Below, in pieces: positions 1-8,674 of a stretch of 57,504 nt of DNA. The first letter of the stretch is position 1. Every line of letters begins with the position of its first letter. The notes under the pieces are model-generated. The model was not told the DNA's origin and ran no database searches. It saw only the letters and a list, made by a program, of their open reading frames with translations. The DNA lies in the IMG/VR virus record IMGVR_UViG_3300020193_000024, positions 1 through 57,504 of that record, one strand, 5' to 3'. Source of the stretch: a virus. Taxonomy: Duplodnaviria > Caudoviricetes. A program made the position numbers and the translations under genes.

Positions 1-3
1 GAG

Positions 4-444
4 ATGATTCTCGATGACCTACGGGGGTCACAAATCCGTCGAAAAGAACCAAATCAGTTGTTTAGCATGAAGACAGACGAATACGAAAAGGCTAGAAGAG
101 ACTTTAGTGATTCACAGGACCAGTTGGCTGCTGCGTTCTATACTCTGTCCGAAAACATTGTTCGTTATGCAAAGTTTCACCTTATTGACGAGCAGGACGC
201 CGTTCAAGAAGGTGTAATGATTTGCTTCGAGAAAATTGACCGTTTTGACCCCGTTAAGGGGAAGGCGTTCAACTATATGACTACCTGCATCCTTAACCAC
301 TACAGGCAGTTATATCGAACCGCACGTAACTATAACGAACTCAAGAAGAAGTATCATGACTTCCTATGGCAGCAAGTTGCTCAGGTACTAGCTAGACCAA
401 GAAATCAGCCATCTGCTAACAAAGACAAGTTTACTAGATGTTGA
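4..444 (+). CDS. Late-transcription sigma factor, T4 gp55-like (may be 5'-truncated by window edge)
   Basis: Sigma region-2-like segment EQDAVQEGVMICFEKIDRFDPVKGKAFNYMTTCILNHY; adjacent to tail genes. Confidence 0.75.
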   Translation: MILDDLRGSQIRRKEPNQLFSMKTDEYEKARRDFSDSQDQLAAAFYTLSENIVRYAKFHLIDEQDAVQEGVMICFEKIDRFDPVKGKAFNYMTTCILNHYRQLYRTARNYNELKKKYHDFLWQQVAQVLARPRNQPSANKDKFTRC

Positions 445-458
445 TTAGTGGTTATAAT
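430..458 (+). promoter_or_regulatory. Sigma70-type promoter
   Basis: TTTACT-N17-TATAAT upstream of ORF 477. Confidence 0.5.
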
Positions 459-476
459 TAGCGTAGGTTTATCAAT

Positions 477-713
477 ATGGCTAAAAGCTTGATAGAGATT
501 TTAGAACAGCAAGAGCTAATCCAGAAGCTTATCGACAAGGGGTACGGCGAGTTAGTTGATGCCCTCCTAATGAATGAGGGCAAGGTTTACACCAAGAAGG
601 GTCGTCTCAACAAGAGCGGGGCCTGTAGAGTGTTAGGGTGGAAGACCAAGCAACTAGAAGACGCACTATTAGCTTGTCGAGAGATGCTGGACGAAGAAGC
701 TCCCGAAGAATAG
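477..713 (+). CDS. Small hypothetical protein, possible HTH
   Basis: LNKSGACRVLGWKTKQLEDAL resembles helix-turn-helix; own promoter. Confidence 0.55.
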   Translation: MAKSLIEILEQQELIQKLIDKGYGELVDALLMNEGKVYTKKGRLNKSGACRVLGWKTKQLEDALLACREMLDEEAPEE

Positions 714-1625
714 TCACTTTCTGACTAGAAACTTCCGTTTTGTAACGGGCTGAGGCAATGGTTCCTTATTAACAGGAGCCATTGCTTTTTTAGCCATTGC
801 TGCGGGACTTCTTACTATTACGTTGGGCTTCCATATCGGGTCATGGAACTCGATATCTGGCGGGCCAGCGTCTTCTTCGTTAGCCTCTGGGTCGAAGTCT
901 TCGAATTCCTCTTCTTCTAAGGTTTCTTGTGCATTGTCGCAATATAATGGTCCCGATGGAACCAAAACAGGGGCAGTTGCAACAATCGGGCAAAAGTCTG
1001 TTGTAAATGGCGGAAATGTTGGCACAAACGGAGTACACCACTGAGAAGGCAAGGCGCAGTCAATGAACGCCCTGTCGTATCGTAAAGTAAGGTCGCACAT
1101 TACAACATCACTTTCCGCATAGTTCAAATCACCCCAATCCACTGATTCTGGCCACACATGCTCAAAAACCCATCTTTCTTGTAATACACCGCAACCATCA
1201 TACAAGTGTAAAAAGGCATACGCCGCTTTGAAGCTGGGCATAGCCGCCTGGTTGAAAACATCACCCAATGAAGGGTTCCACTGACCACAAACGTCTGGGC
1301 CGGGGTCGTAGGCCCGCATAATCCATGAGAAAATAGGGTTAGACAGAGGATTGCCGCCTCCGTCGTACTTCAAAACGTCATACAACTGTAGTTGCAAAGG
1401 CTTCCATTCGGGTTTTGCAGGGTAGTAGACTGTTTCATTAAGGTGCTGAGCTTCCATCGTCTTGAATGTTAAATTCGGACGGGCCGCTTTGGATGGGGGC
1501 AGTGAGAAAACACCGTCTGCACAAATGGAAGGTATGATGAACTTCCATCGAAATTTTCTTTTGTAGCATCCTGACAACCATTCTGGTTGGTAGAAACCCA
1601 TCGGTATAGCGCCATTTGGATTCAT
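714..1625 (-). CDS. Tail tube-fold protein (gp19/gp54-like) with acidic/Pro-rich C-terminal extension
   Basis: KRKFRW, RP.L.F, W.PL.L.LYD, LYDGCG...E.W.FEHVWP.SV.WG.L.Y...LTLRYD; clear paralog of 1720..2343. Confidence 0.85.
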   Translation of the reverse strand: MNPNGAIPMGFYQPEWLSGCYKRKFRWKFIIPSICADGVFSLPPSKAARPNLTFKTMEAQHLNETVYYPAKPEWKPLQLQLYDVLKYDGGGNPLSNPIFSWIMRAYDPGPDVCGQWNPSLGDVFNQAAMPSFKAAYAFLHLYDGCGVLQERWVFEHVWPESVDWGDLNYAESDVVMCDLTLRYDRAFIDCALPSQWCTPFVPTFPPFTTDFCPIVATAPVLVPSGPLYCDNAQETLEEEEFEDFDPEANEEDAGPPDIEFHDPIWKPNVIVRSPAAMAKKAMAPVNKEPLPQPVTKRKFLVRK

Positions 1626-1643
1626 AATTTACCCTTAGATATG

Positions 1644-1682
1644 AAAAGAGCGAGCGATAAGAATTACCGCTCGCTCTATGTA
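1644..1682 (-). terminator. Intrinsic terminator after the major tube gene, overlapped by a TACATA late-promoter box
   Basis: Stem AGAGCGAGCG/CGCTCGCTCT followed by a T-run on the minus strand; TACATA at 1682-1677. Confidence 0.6.
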
Positions 1683-1719
1683 GTTTTTTAACGGCACAGT
1701 AGCGTTATAGTCCAGGTCG

Positions 1720-2343
1720 TTACGAGCAAGGTACGCAAGGGCACTTCTCGACAGTACCAGTTGGGCAGTAGGTTACATACTGTACTTCGGAGTAACGCAT
1801 AGTCATTTCTACGGTTACTTCTTCCGAGCTAGACATGTCAAGCTCACCGAAGTTAACAGACTGTGGCCACATATGATTGAGCAACCAACCTTCGACAGCC
1901 TGACCGCAACCATCGTAGAGATACAACTGACCCTGACCTTCATAGTCCTGCAAGTGAGAACCCATGTAAAGGGAAACAGAGTTGGTAATATCGTAGATGG
2001 ACGCTAGCCAACCGAAGATGTTGTTAATCGTCGCACCACCTGCTAGCGGGCTGGCTGGAGTACCGGCCATATCGTAGTAGGTTAGCGCCATAGTCTGCCA
2101 AGCGGCCTTACCTGGAATCCAGGTCTTACCGTGCAGGTAGTTGATTTCCGTCTCTTCAATATCCAACTGAGGACGGGCACCTACCTTAACGAATTCCTGC
2201 GGTACAACTTTGGCACCGGCACAATAAGAGATACTCATTGTCCAACGGAATTTTCTTTTGTACACCAGAGAGCCACCACCCAAAGCCCCAAGGCCCATAT
2301 TGATGGTTGGTCCAGTTCCTGGTAGCGAACTTAAAGTTGGCAT
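1720..2343 (-). CDS. Tail tube protein (T4 gp19-like)
   Basis: RPQLDIEETEINYLHGKTWIPGKAAWQTMALTYYD and WPQSVNFGELDMSSSEEVTVEMTMRYS; follows sheath; SD AGGAG. Confidence 0.9.
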   Translation of the reverse strand: MPTLSSLPGTGPTINMGLGALGGGSLVYKRKFRWTMSISYCAGAKVVPQEFVKVGARPQLDIEETEINYLHGKTWIPGKAAWQTMALTYYDMAGTPASPLAGGATINNIFGWLASIYDITNSVSLYMGSHLQDYEGQGQLYLYDGCGQAVEGWLLNHMWPQSVNFGELDMSSSEEVTVEMTMRYSEVQYVTYCPTGTVEKCPCVPCS

Positions 2344-2392
2344 TTGTCTTCTCCTTTTTCAATTAAGAATGTATCAGCCTTCTCACTTTGTT

Positions 2393-2400
2393 TATTTATA
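2393..2400 (-). promoter_or_regulatory. T4-type late promoter TATAAATA
   Basis: Exact T4 late consensus on minus strand, 50 nt upstream of the tube gene. Confidence 0.75.
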
Positions 2401-2406
2401 CACCAC

Positions 2407-3882
2407 TCAACGAAATAGGAACTCTATATAAACATTTTTATTGTCATTAGTTGGTTGCACACCAATCCTGGTCCTAAATTCGTTTCTTTCTGCTTGCTCT
2501 GGCGTGTCCAATTCGTTGGTTTGGATTATGTAGTCGTTAATCCCGCCGCCGTTTTTCACCTGTCCCATTACCCGTTCACAGATTTGGGCAAATTCCTCAC
2601 GGAATGATTCATTGCTCATATCTACGGTCGGAGTAAGTGTATCAGCAGCGTTACGAATACGCTTCTCAACGAAGAAAAGCATCCGTCGCACGTCGATACG
2701 TCCCCTCTGCAAGGTTTTCTGACTTGAAATCATGAAACCTTCTGCATTGGCGAACGGAACAATCGCATTCACTACATTTCGGTTGTCCTTAGTTAAGTTT
2801 TGTTCCTCGTATGTCAAACGACACGATACATCCAACACACCAGAAACAATACCCCTCGTCTCCCCGGTAGGAGAAAACCAGGGTGCGGATAACGTGTCCG
2901 ACCTAGCAATCGCTGCCATCACCGAACCAGATGGTGGCACCGTAACTTCTGTACGGTTATATTGGTCCCTGATTTGCAACCAGGGCCAGAACATAGCGGC
3001 AAAGTCAGACTTCCAATGAATGTCGTTTTCGTACTTACCCCTCTGCCACAAAGAGCTTTCAAGGTAAGATAATCCAACCGGAGAATCAATAATGGCTAAA
3101 CAGTCACGACGACTCTCACATACATCCAAAAGACTTGCTATTACCTGCGTCGAGGAGCAACCTGGAACAGCGATAAGGTCAATATCCACCTGCTCAGGTT
3201 CTGAAAAGGCATACACACCAGACAATTCTTCTTTACTACCAGCTAACAAAATATCACGCTCATCCGGGTCGGTCGGAATTCCGTCATTGCCCCCGTTTAG
3301 TGAATAAATGCCATTCTGCGGTAATTTAGAAGTAGCTGCACTGCTTACCCTAATCCAGTCAGATACCAGTTCGATGAAACTCTCAACGTAGTATTTGCTA
3401 TTTTGCTTTTTAGTAAGCTGACTCCATGACTCAACCTGCACGCCGTTGTGGAACACATTCAACGTGAAAGTTTCTGCCATCTCATCAGTCATTACAACAA
3501 CTCGGGTATCATTCCCTTCCACGCCAGGACTGTCTGCCTGAATTATTAAAGACACTTCGCCCGCTTCATCCAAAACTAGCACACTGGCCGTCTTGCTCAA
3601 ACTTGCGTCAGCGACTCTAACGATAAGGACTTCCGGTAATGTTAATAGGGCTTGCTCTGCACCATATATCAGATGAGATTCACCTGACTCTGGATGAGGG
3701 TATCCAAACGACGAATGCAATTCTTGCACTGTACGCACCGACGTTACGGCGTTAACAGCCCCCTTGCTGGCAAATCCAACCAAGGCTCCCTTGTGGCAGC
3801 TTGGACGAACCTCACCAGTGATTTCAACTGGCATGCCAGGGTCTAGTGCATTCGATGGCGGAAAACCTCTCAAAATTGCCAT
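2407..3882 (-). CDS. Tail sheath protein (gp18-like)
   Basis: LVGFASKG, DIDLIAVPG, R.DCLAIIDSP, AAMFWPW, VPPSGSV, APWFSP.G..RG, DVRRML, IGVQPT. Confidence 0.9.
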   Translation of the reverse strand: MAILRGFPPSNALDPGMPVEITGEVRPSCHKGALVGFASKGAVNAVTSVRTVQELHSSFGYPHPESGESHLIYGAEQALLTLPEVLIVRVADASLSKTASVLVLDEAGEVSLIIQADSPGVEGNDTRVVVMTDEMAETFTLNVFHNGVQVESWSQLTKKQNSKYYVESFIELVSDWIRVSSAATSKLPQNGIYSLNGGNDGIPTDPDERDILLAGSKEELSGVYAFSEPEQVDIDLIAVPGCSSTQVIASLLDVCESRRDCLAIIDSPVGLSYLESSLWQRGKYENDIHWKSDFAAMFWPWLQIRDQYNRTEVTVPPSGSVMAAIARSDTLSAPWFSPTGETRGIVSGVLDVSCRLTYEEQNLTKDNRNVVNAIVPFANAEGFMISSQKTLQRGRIDVRRMLFFVEKRIRNAADTLTPTVDMSNESFREEFAQICERVMGQVKNGGGINDYIIQTNELDTPEQAERNEFRTRIGVQPTNDNKNVYIEFLFR

Positions 3883-3915
3883 ATATTTGCCCGATGCATT
3901 CCTGTGGTAAAGGTA

Positions 3916-4899
3916 CTAACTTTTTACAGCCTCTTCTAATTTGCCGATTACATCTTGTACGTCTGCTGCGAGTTGAGTTACCAGGTTTGACCCTTCAAAC
4001 TTATATCGGGTAATCGGCTGAGGGATATAAGTCTTGGCGGTCATTGTTAACTGGTATTTGAACACTCTCAACTTAATATCACCAGGCTCTGTGTCTAAGT
4101 TATTAGCTTGACCATCTAGCGTGACAATAATTTCCCAGTAGACGCCTCTGACCCTTATATAGGCAACAGGGGAGAATTTTAACCAGATTTGCTCCAGGAT
4201 TTGGTTCATGTCCTCCTGGTACAAAGTCCACAAATACAAGGTGTAAGATACATTCACAGGGATACCACGGGTTACGCCAAACACGGTGTCCTTCTCGAAC
4301 TTCTCTTGCTGCGTAAATCCGTAACCGAAAGCAGGGTTCAGCCAACTCAGATAGCTCTGCGCCTTCTGGTATGTGAAGCGGCTCAAGTCCATGTCAGCGC
4401 CCGAAGAGATAATTGACATCATCGGGAGCTTAATGCGGTCCACCACCAAACTGTTGTCCTTACGCACGTTGTCCTGTAACAACGCCGCTACTGCCTTCTC
4501 CTGTGTTCCCCAAATGATAGGAACGATGTGAGCCTTGCCGTCCTCATCTAAGACTACGACATTGCGGAACAAGTCCACCATAGCCTCATCACAACCCCTG
4601 AGCGCCTTTGAGTAACGATAGATGACCTCTCTGTTGGGGTTCTCTAAGCTGTCGATGATTTGGCCCGTCATTAGCGGGTCACAGTTGGCATGCTGACCGA
4701 TGCCTAGTTTCTTCTTCGTCGGCGGGATTCGCCATGCTTCGGGTGGGTTAGTGGCCACATGCTTCTGTGTGCCCATACCGCCATCGTTACCGCAGTATTG
4801 CTCTACTGGGTCAATGTTTTTGCTGTTTTCCAAGCCAGAAGGTTCTTGACACTGACTGCTCAGCGACGGCTCCTGGTTTAGGTCTTTCATGTTAGTCAT
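3916..4899 (-). CDS. Tail terminator / sheath stabilizer (T4 gp15-like)
   Basis: VPIIWG..EK, LPMMS, IPVNVSYTL.LWT...EDMNQILEQI..KF.P; start ATG 4899 overlaps HNH stop (ATGA). Confidence 0.8.
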   Translation of the reverse strand: MTNMKDLNQEPSLSSQCQEPSGLENSKNIDPVEQYCGNDGGMGTQKHVATNPPEAWRIPPTKKKLGIGQHANCDPLMTGQIIDSLENPNREVIYRYSKALRGCDEAMVDLFRNVVVLDEDGKAHIVPIIWGTQEKAVAALLQDNVRKDNSLVVDRIKLPMMSIISSGADMDLSRFTYQKAQSYLSWLNPAFGYGFTQQEKFEKDTVFGVTRGIPVNVSYTLYLWTLYQEDMNQILEQIWLKFSPVAYIRVRGVYWEIIVTLDGQANNLDTEPGDIKLRVFKYQLTMTAKTYIPQPITRYKFEGSNLVTQLAADVQDVIGKLEEAVKS

Positions 4900-5561
4900 A
4901 TCTGCTCCTGACAAGGTGTGTGTATTTTTTGGACGTAAAAAAGAAATTGTTCTTCGGTTAAGTCCCACTTCATAGTGTTAATTGCCTTATGTACCCATTG
5001 CAAGTTGGACAATTCATTTGTGCCGCCTAGTTTCTTTGGAATCCTGTGGTCTAAAGAAGCGTTTAGTCCAATGGTAATAGGCTCTTTAAGATATGGGCAT
5101 TTGCCGTTTTGTTGGTCAAATAAATCGAGAAGTTCTTTCCATCGTTTTCTATCTTCCCAAACGTCATAAGCTAAACATTTTAGTGTGCAAACTAGGCAAT
5201 TTTTTAACAGATGTATTGACGGAGACTTGCCACATCTAACACAGACTTTGTTCTTAATCCTTTCTTTTCTTGCCCTACTTACTAACGACTTGTATGTCTC
5301 ATAACATTGCTCGCATAAACCGCCTTTGCCATTGGCCGGTTTTTGACATTCTGTGCATAATCCGGTTCGTCTTCTTAATTCACGTCTTTTCCTTCGTCTG
5401 TTATTAGACTTGTCGGTGCATTCCTGGCACCATGCTTTTCCGGGAATTGGCTTGTTTTTTCCACAGGGACATAAGCCATTTAACTTGTGTTTATCCCTCC
5501 ACTTTTTCTCCCTTGCTTTTTTCAATATTAGTGATTGTCCTTGATATTTGCGATTTCTCAT
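4896..5561 (-). CDS. HNH homing endonuclease with N-terminal Cys-rich repeats
   Basis: QNGKCPY...SLDHRIPKKLGG.N...NLQWVHKAINTMK; CxxC repeats; TATATA 5 nt before ATG 5561. Confidence 0.8.
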   Translation of the reverse strand: MRNRKYQGQSLILKKAREKKWRDKHKLNGLCPCGKNKPIPGKAWCQECTDKSNNRRRKRRELRRRTGLCTECQKPANGKGGLCEQCYETYKSLVSRARKERIKNKVCVRCGKSPSIHLLKNCLVCTLKCLAYDVWEDRKRWKELLDLFDQQNGKCPYLKEPITIGLNASLDHRIPKKLGGTNELSNLQWVHKAINTMKWDLTEEQFLFYVQKIHTPCQEQI

Positions 5562-5600
5562 ACTACTATATAGTGTAGACTGCATTTTTTAAGGTACACA

Positions 5601-6434
5601 ATGCCAGAAACACTAGAAGTTAAGTATCGTTGTTGGTATAAGGGTGTTCCTCCAAGGCCAACTAAATTGGTAATTCCAGGGTGGGCGGGCGATTCACATG
5701 GTCATTCAGATGGTGACAAACCTCAACCTTGGCATTGTGTCCCATTTATAGAAGGTGCTACTTATCCATTAGAATTGATTTATCCCTTCGACACCGAATG
5801 TGTCGTCAATAATGTCGATGGGAAACTTTCTTTCCAAGGAGATTTCGAGCCAGAACGACCCGCCGATGACCCTGACTGGCCTCCTTTCAAAGCATTCGCC
5901 CCAGGGCACTACGGCATGACCTCTTCACTAGACATCGAGCCGCCCGAAGGTTACGTCATCCGAACCGAATGCCATCCACGTTACTTTACCGATACCACCT
6001 ATAGCACCCCTTGTATGCTCCCTGGTCACATCCAAGGCGAATGGTGGCCCCGCATCTTCTTCGTCGTCTTCAAAGCTCCTCCTCCCGGACTACCCCATGT
6101 CTTTCGCAAAGGAGAACCCTATGGCCAGTTGCTCATTGTTCCCCGCAAAGTAACTTACGATGTGAAGGAGATGGAATACGAGGAAGCTAGGCTAAGGGCG
6201 AAGATGGATGGGGCGATTGGCAGTTGCCGGAACCAGATAGCCGAAAACATCTGGACAGACAACGAAGGCGGCGGTTTCGATGATAAGTACAAGTGCCTGG
6301 CAAGGGTTTTCCAGAAGGGCGGCTACCCTGCTGTCGAACAACACCTGAATAACGCCCGTCGTCAGCAGGCTGAGGAAATGAAAAAGAAGATGGAAGCCGT
6401 TAATCAGCACATGAAGCTGATAGATAAGGCATGA
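5601..6434 (+). CDS. Hypothetical protein (possibly DUF6065-like)
   Basis: Long ORF; HCVPF.EG..YPLE and F.KGEP..QL..VPR motifs. Confidence 0.55.
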   Translation: MPETLEVKYRCWYKGVPPRPTKLVIPGWAGDSHGHSDGDKPQPWHCVPFIEGATYPLELIYPFDTECVVNNVDGKLSFQGDFEPERPADDPDWPPFKAFAPGHYGMTSSLDIEPPEGYVIRTECHPRYFTDTTYSTPCMLPGHIQGEWWPRIFFVVFKAPPPGLPHVFRKGEPYGQLLIVPRKVTYDVKEMEYEEARLRAKMDGAIGSCRNQIAENIWTDNEGGGFDDKYKCLARVFQKGGYPAVEQHLNNARRQQAEEMKKKMEAVNQHMKLIDKA

Positions 6435-7117
6435 ATTTCAAACTTTGGCTAGAGGCCGACGAAACACACCCGTTTGAGACATGGCACAAAGAGTACACAG
6501 ACTCAAGGGATGCCGAACGCAAGCGTAGAAGTGGCTTTGAGTATCGTCGCTACAGGAACCTCCCTCACCCGCCTGAGCCAGCAGTTAGCACTGAAACATT
6601 AAGGAAAGACCCAAGAGTGCAAAACCTAGAAGTGGTAGATGTACTAAGTCTTTACAATTTCAGTAGTGGTGCGCATAGTTGGGGCGACGAGCCAGATATT
6701 CCGGCAAGCGACCCTGCTCATGGGGCTGAGTGGGAAATCCTGATAGATGGTGCCACTGAGAAAAAACTAATAGGCAGACCAGCTTTTGTGGCAGACGATA
6801 GTGGTGGTTCTTTTCATGAACGATGGCTAAACATTAAAGTCTGTGTCATCGTTGATGAGTTGGCTGTTAACAATGAAATTGCTGATTACTACACCTATCC
6901 AAGCTACAAAGTTAACCACATCATAAAGACATTCAGGTTTGAATCGCTGGCCAAAACTGCTGAAATTGTTGAGGAGCTAGAGCCTAATCTGCCGCCCCCA
7001 AACAAAGAAGGAGAGTCCAGAGAAGACTACTGGAAGAGAATCATGGGCAGCGTGGACCAAACTCCCCCGCCTGACCCCACTGGTTATAACCCATCGGACG
7101 ATTACTACAAACGTTAA
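6431..7117 (+). CDS. Putative head-packaged protein with CTS-like N-terminus
   Basis: MNFKLWLE; TAGATA 4 nt before ATG. Confidence 0.6.
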   Translation: MNFKLWLEADETHPFETWHKEYTDSRDAERKRRSGFEYRRYRNLPHPPEPAVSTETLRKDPRVQNLEVVDVLSLYNFSSGAHSWGDEPDIPASDPAHGAEWEILIDGATEKKLIGRPAFVADDSGGSFHERWLNIKVCVIVDELAVNNEIADYYTYPSYKVNHIIKTFRFESLAKTAEIVEELEPNLPPPNKEGESREDYWKRIMGSVDQTPPPDPTGYNPSDDYYKR

Positions 7118-7305
7118 TTGAAGGTCTGAACAATTTTCTCATCTTTACTGTTCCATAAGTGTACTTGGTATAAGAATGGTTTGGTTCTAGGAAGCCACAC
7201 AACTATCATTTTGTCGAAAGAAACTGCGTCTGGAGGAGCGTCTTTCACTTCTCCAGTCATGCCAGCCCGTTTGATGTCTGACAGCATTTTCTCTAACTTG
7301 TTCAT
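7114..7305 (-). CDS. Small hypothetical protein
   Basis: ATG 3 nt after gp14 stop; fills gap. Confidence 0.5.
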   Translation of the reverse strand: MNKLEKMLSDIKRAGMTGEVKDAPPDAVSFDKMIVVWLPRTKPFLYQVHLWNSKDEKIVQTFN

Positions 7306-7308
7306 GCC

Positions 7309-7863
7309 TTAGTGTAGTAAGGCTCCTTCGTTCAATTTGAAGTCAGGCATCTTTTGTCGTATCTTACCCTCTCCAGTAACAATGCCTTCCTGGAATCGCT
7401 GGGCCATAATGATTACATGCAGTTCGCCCCACAGCTTAAACTGGTCTACATTACGCTGAACGATTACCCAATTTTCTCGTTTGTGTGGTGTGAATAGTCT
7501 TGCGCCAATCTTGGGTGGATGACCAATTGCTTTTAGAACAGCACGGTAATTGAACTCAAACTTCATTTCGTCTGGAGCGTCCAGGCCGAATGTGTTCATA
7601 TAGTTCTGTGCCGGAATTGGTTCGTACAATCCGTATAGCTGAACTTCACAAGTAGACCAGAGTTTACCTCTGTCCTCACGATAAAGCGGGTCAATGGTAT
7701 CCCTCTGCAAGAGAAGGTCATAGTAGAAAATAGGCGACCCGCCAAAAGTAATGAGTTCCTGGTCCCACTGGTTGAACAGGTCATGCTCTGGGTTATACGG
7801 GTCGAAAGTCTGCATGCTTCCGGCTGGTTGATACGGAGTTCCGTCACAATTCTTGATGGCCAT
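7309..7863 (-). CDS. Neck / head-closure protein (T4 gp14-like)
   Basis: ELI..GGSPIFYY, DPLYRED, FGLDAPDEM.F.FN, PKIG..LF.P; start MAIKNCDG at 7863. Confidence 0.8.
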   Translation of the reverse strand: MAIKNCDGTPYQPAGSMQTFDPYNPEHDLFNQWDQELITFGGSPIFYYDLLLQRDTIDPLYREDRGKLWSTCEVQLYGLYEPIPAQNYMNTFGLDAPDEMKFEFNYRAVLKAIGHPPKIGARLFTPHKRENWVIVQRNVDQFKLWGELHVIIMAQRFQEGIVTGEGKIRQKMPDFKLNEGALLH

Positions 7864-7868
7864 ACTGT

Positions 7869-7878
7869 CTATATATAG
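7869..7878. promoter_or_regulatory. Palindromic bidirectional late promoter CTATATATAG
   Basis: Perfect 10-bp palindrome in the 16-nt gap between two divergent ATGs. Confidence 0.6.
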
Positions 7879-7879
7879 C

Positions 7880-8425
7880 ATGACGATTAAGAACAAAGAC
7901 GGTTCAAAGTTCACATTGAAGGCACCCAACCCCCTGATGAAAGATATGTCTCTCTGGAAACAGAAATATAAACTACACAACTGCGATTGGAAGCCGGTAA
8001 GTGTCGAAGACACACATGGCCCCACGTTGCTTCCTAGAAACGTAATTCCTGTCAAGGAAACCGTTTCGGCAACGGAAACACCCATTATTCCGGTGTTAGA
8101 AGAAGCTCCTGGTCCTCCTGACGATGGCCGAATTCAAGTTTGGTGCCTGCCCGCTCAGGTGAGTGAATTGGTCGATAAATTGTACGGACAGAAATTCCAA
8201 AGGATTAAGTACGGCAAAAAGTTCATGTTCGAGGCATTCGTTTTGGAAGAAGACGACCTCTATATGGTCCTATGGACCGATACAAGAGCCGTTACAGAGG
8301 GTTCGGTAGTGTTCCCCCGCAATCAAGACAAACGTTGGTGGCGAATCAATGAGATAGTAGACAGAGACGGCGGCTACGCACTAATGGCTGTCGCTTGCGA
8401 GTTTACTCCTGAGTTTTCCCAATAG
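7880..8425 (+). CDS. gp14-like neck protein paralog
   Basis: N-terminus MTIKNKDG mirrors MAIKNCDG; VWCLP...DKLYGQ...KY..KF.FEAF...EGSVVFP...WWRINEI follows the gp14 pattern. Confidence 0.6.
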   Translation: MTIKNKDGSKFTLKAPNPLMKDMSLWKQKYKLHNCDWKPVSVEDTHGPTLLPRNVIPVKETVSATETPIIPVLEEAPGPPDDGRIQVWCLPAQVSELVDKLYGQKFQRIKYGKKFMFEAFVLEEDDLYMVLWTDTRAVTEGSVVFPRNQDKRWWRINEIVDRDGGYALMAVACEFTPEFSQ

Positions 8426-8666
8426 TAACTCCAATACCCATTTCGGCTAATTGTTCTTTGTAGTCGGCTATTGCTTTGAGATAGCCGACTTCATGTATGT
8501 CGCTAACCATTTTGCTATACGCCAGCAAATCCTTCTCAGTAACCAAGTATGCAGCCATTCTCTCAATAAGGTCTTCATGCTGCCCATATTTCTCTTTAAG
8601 AAGGTCAAACATGAACTTCTTGAGAGCCATACCCCTGGGATTCTGTATAAGCTGTTCTAGTCTCAT
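8403..8666 (-). CDS. Hypothetical protein
   Basis: Helical 87-aa ORF directly downstream of the 1238-aa gene. Confidence 0.65.
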   Translation of the reverse strand: MRLEQLIQNPRGMALKKFMFDLLKEKYGQHEDLIERMAAYLVTEKDLLAYSKMVSDIHEVGYLKAIADYKEQLAEMGIGVTIGKTQE

Positions 8667-8674
8667 AGTTTAAC

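Noticed and set aside
7864-8085. N-terminal extension of gp14 in the ORF track, and similar long starts at 4968, 18465, 21971, 45731, 49078 and 50085
   Set aside because: They overlap other genes or promoters; downstream ATGs have SD or promoter support
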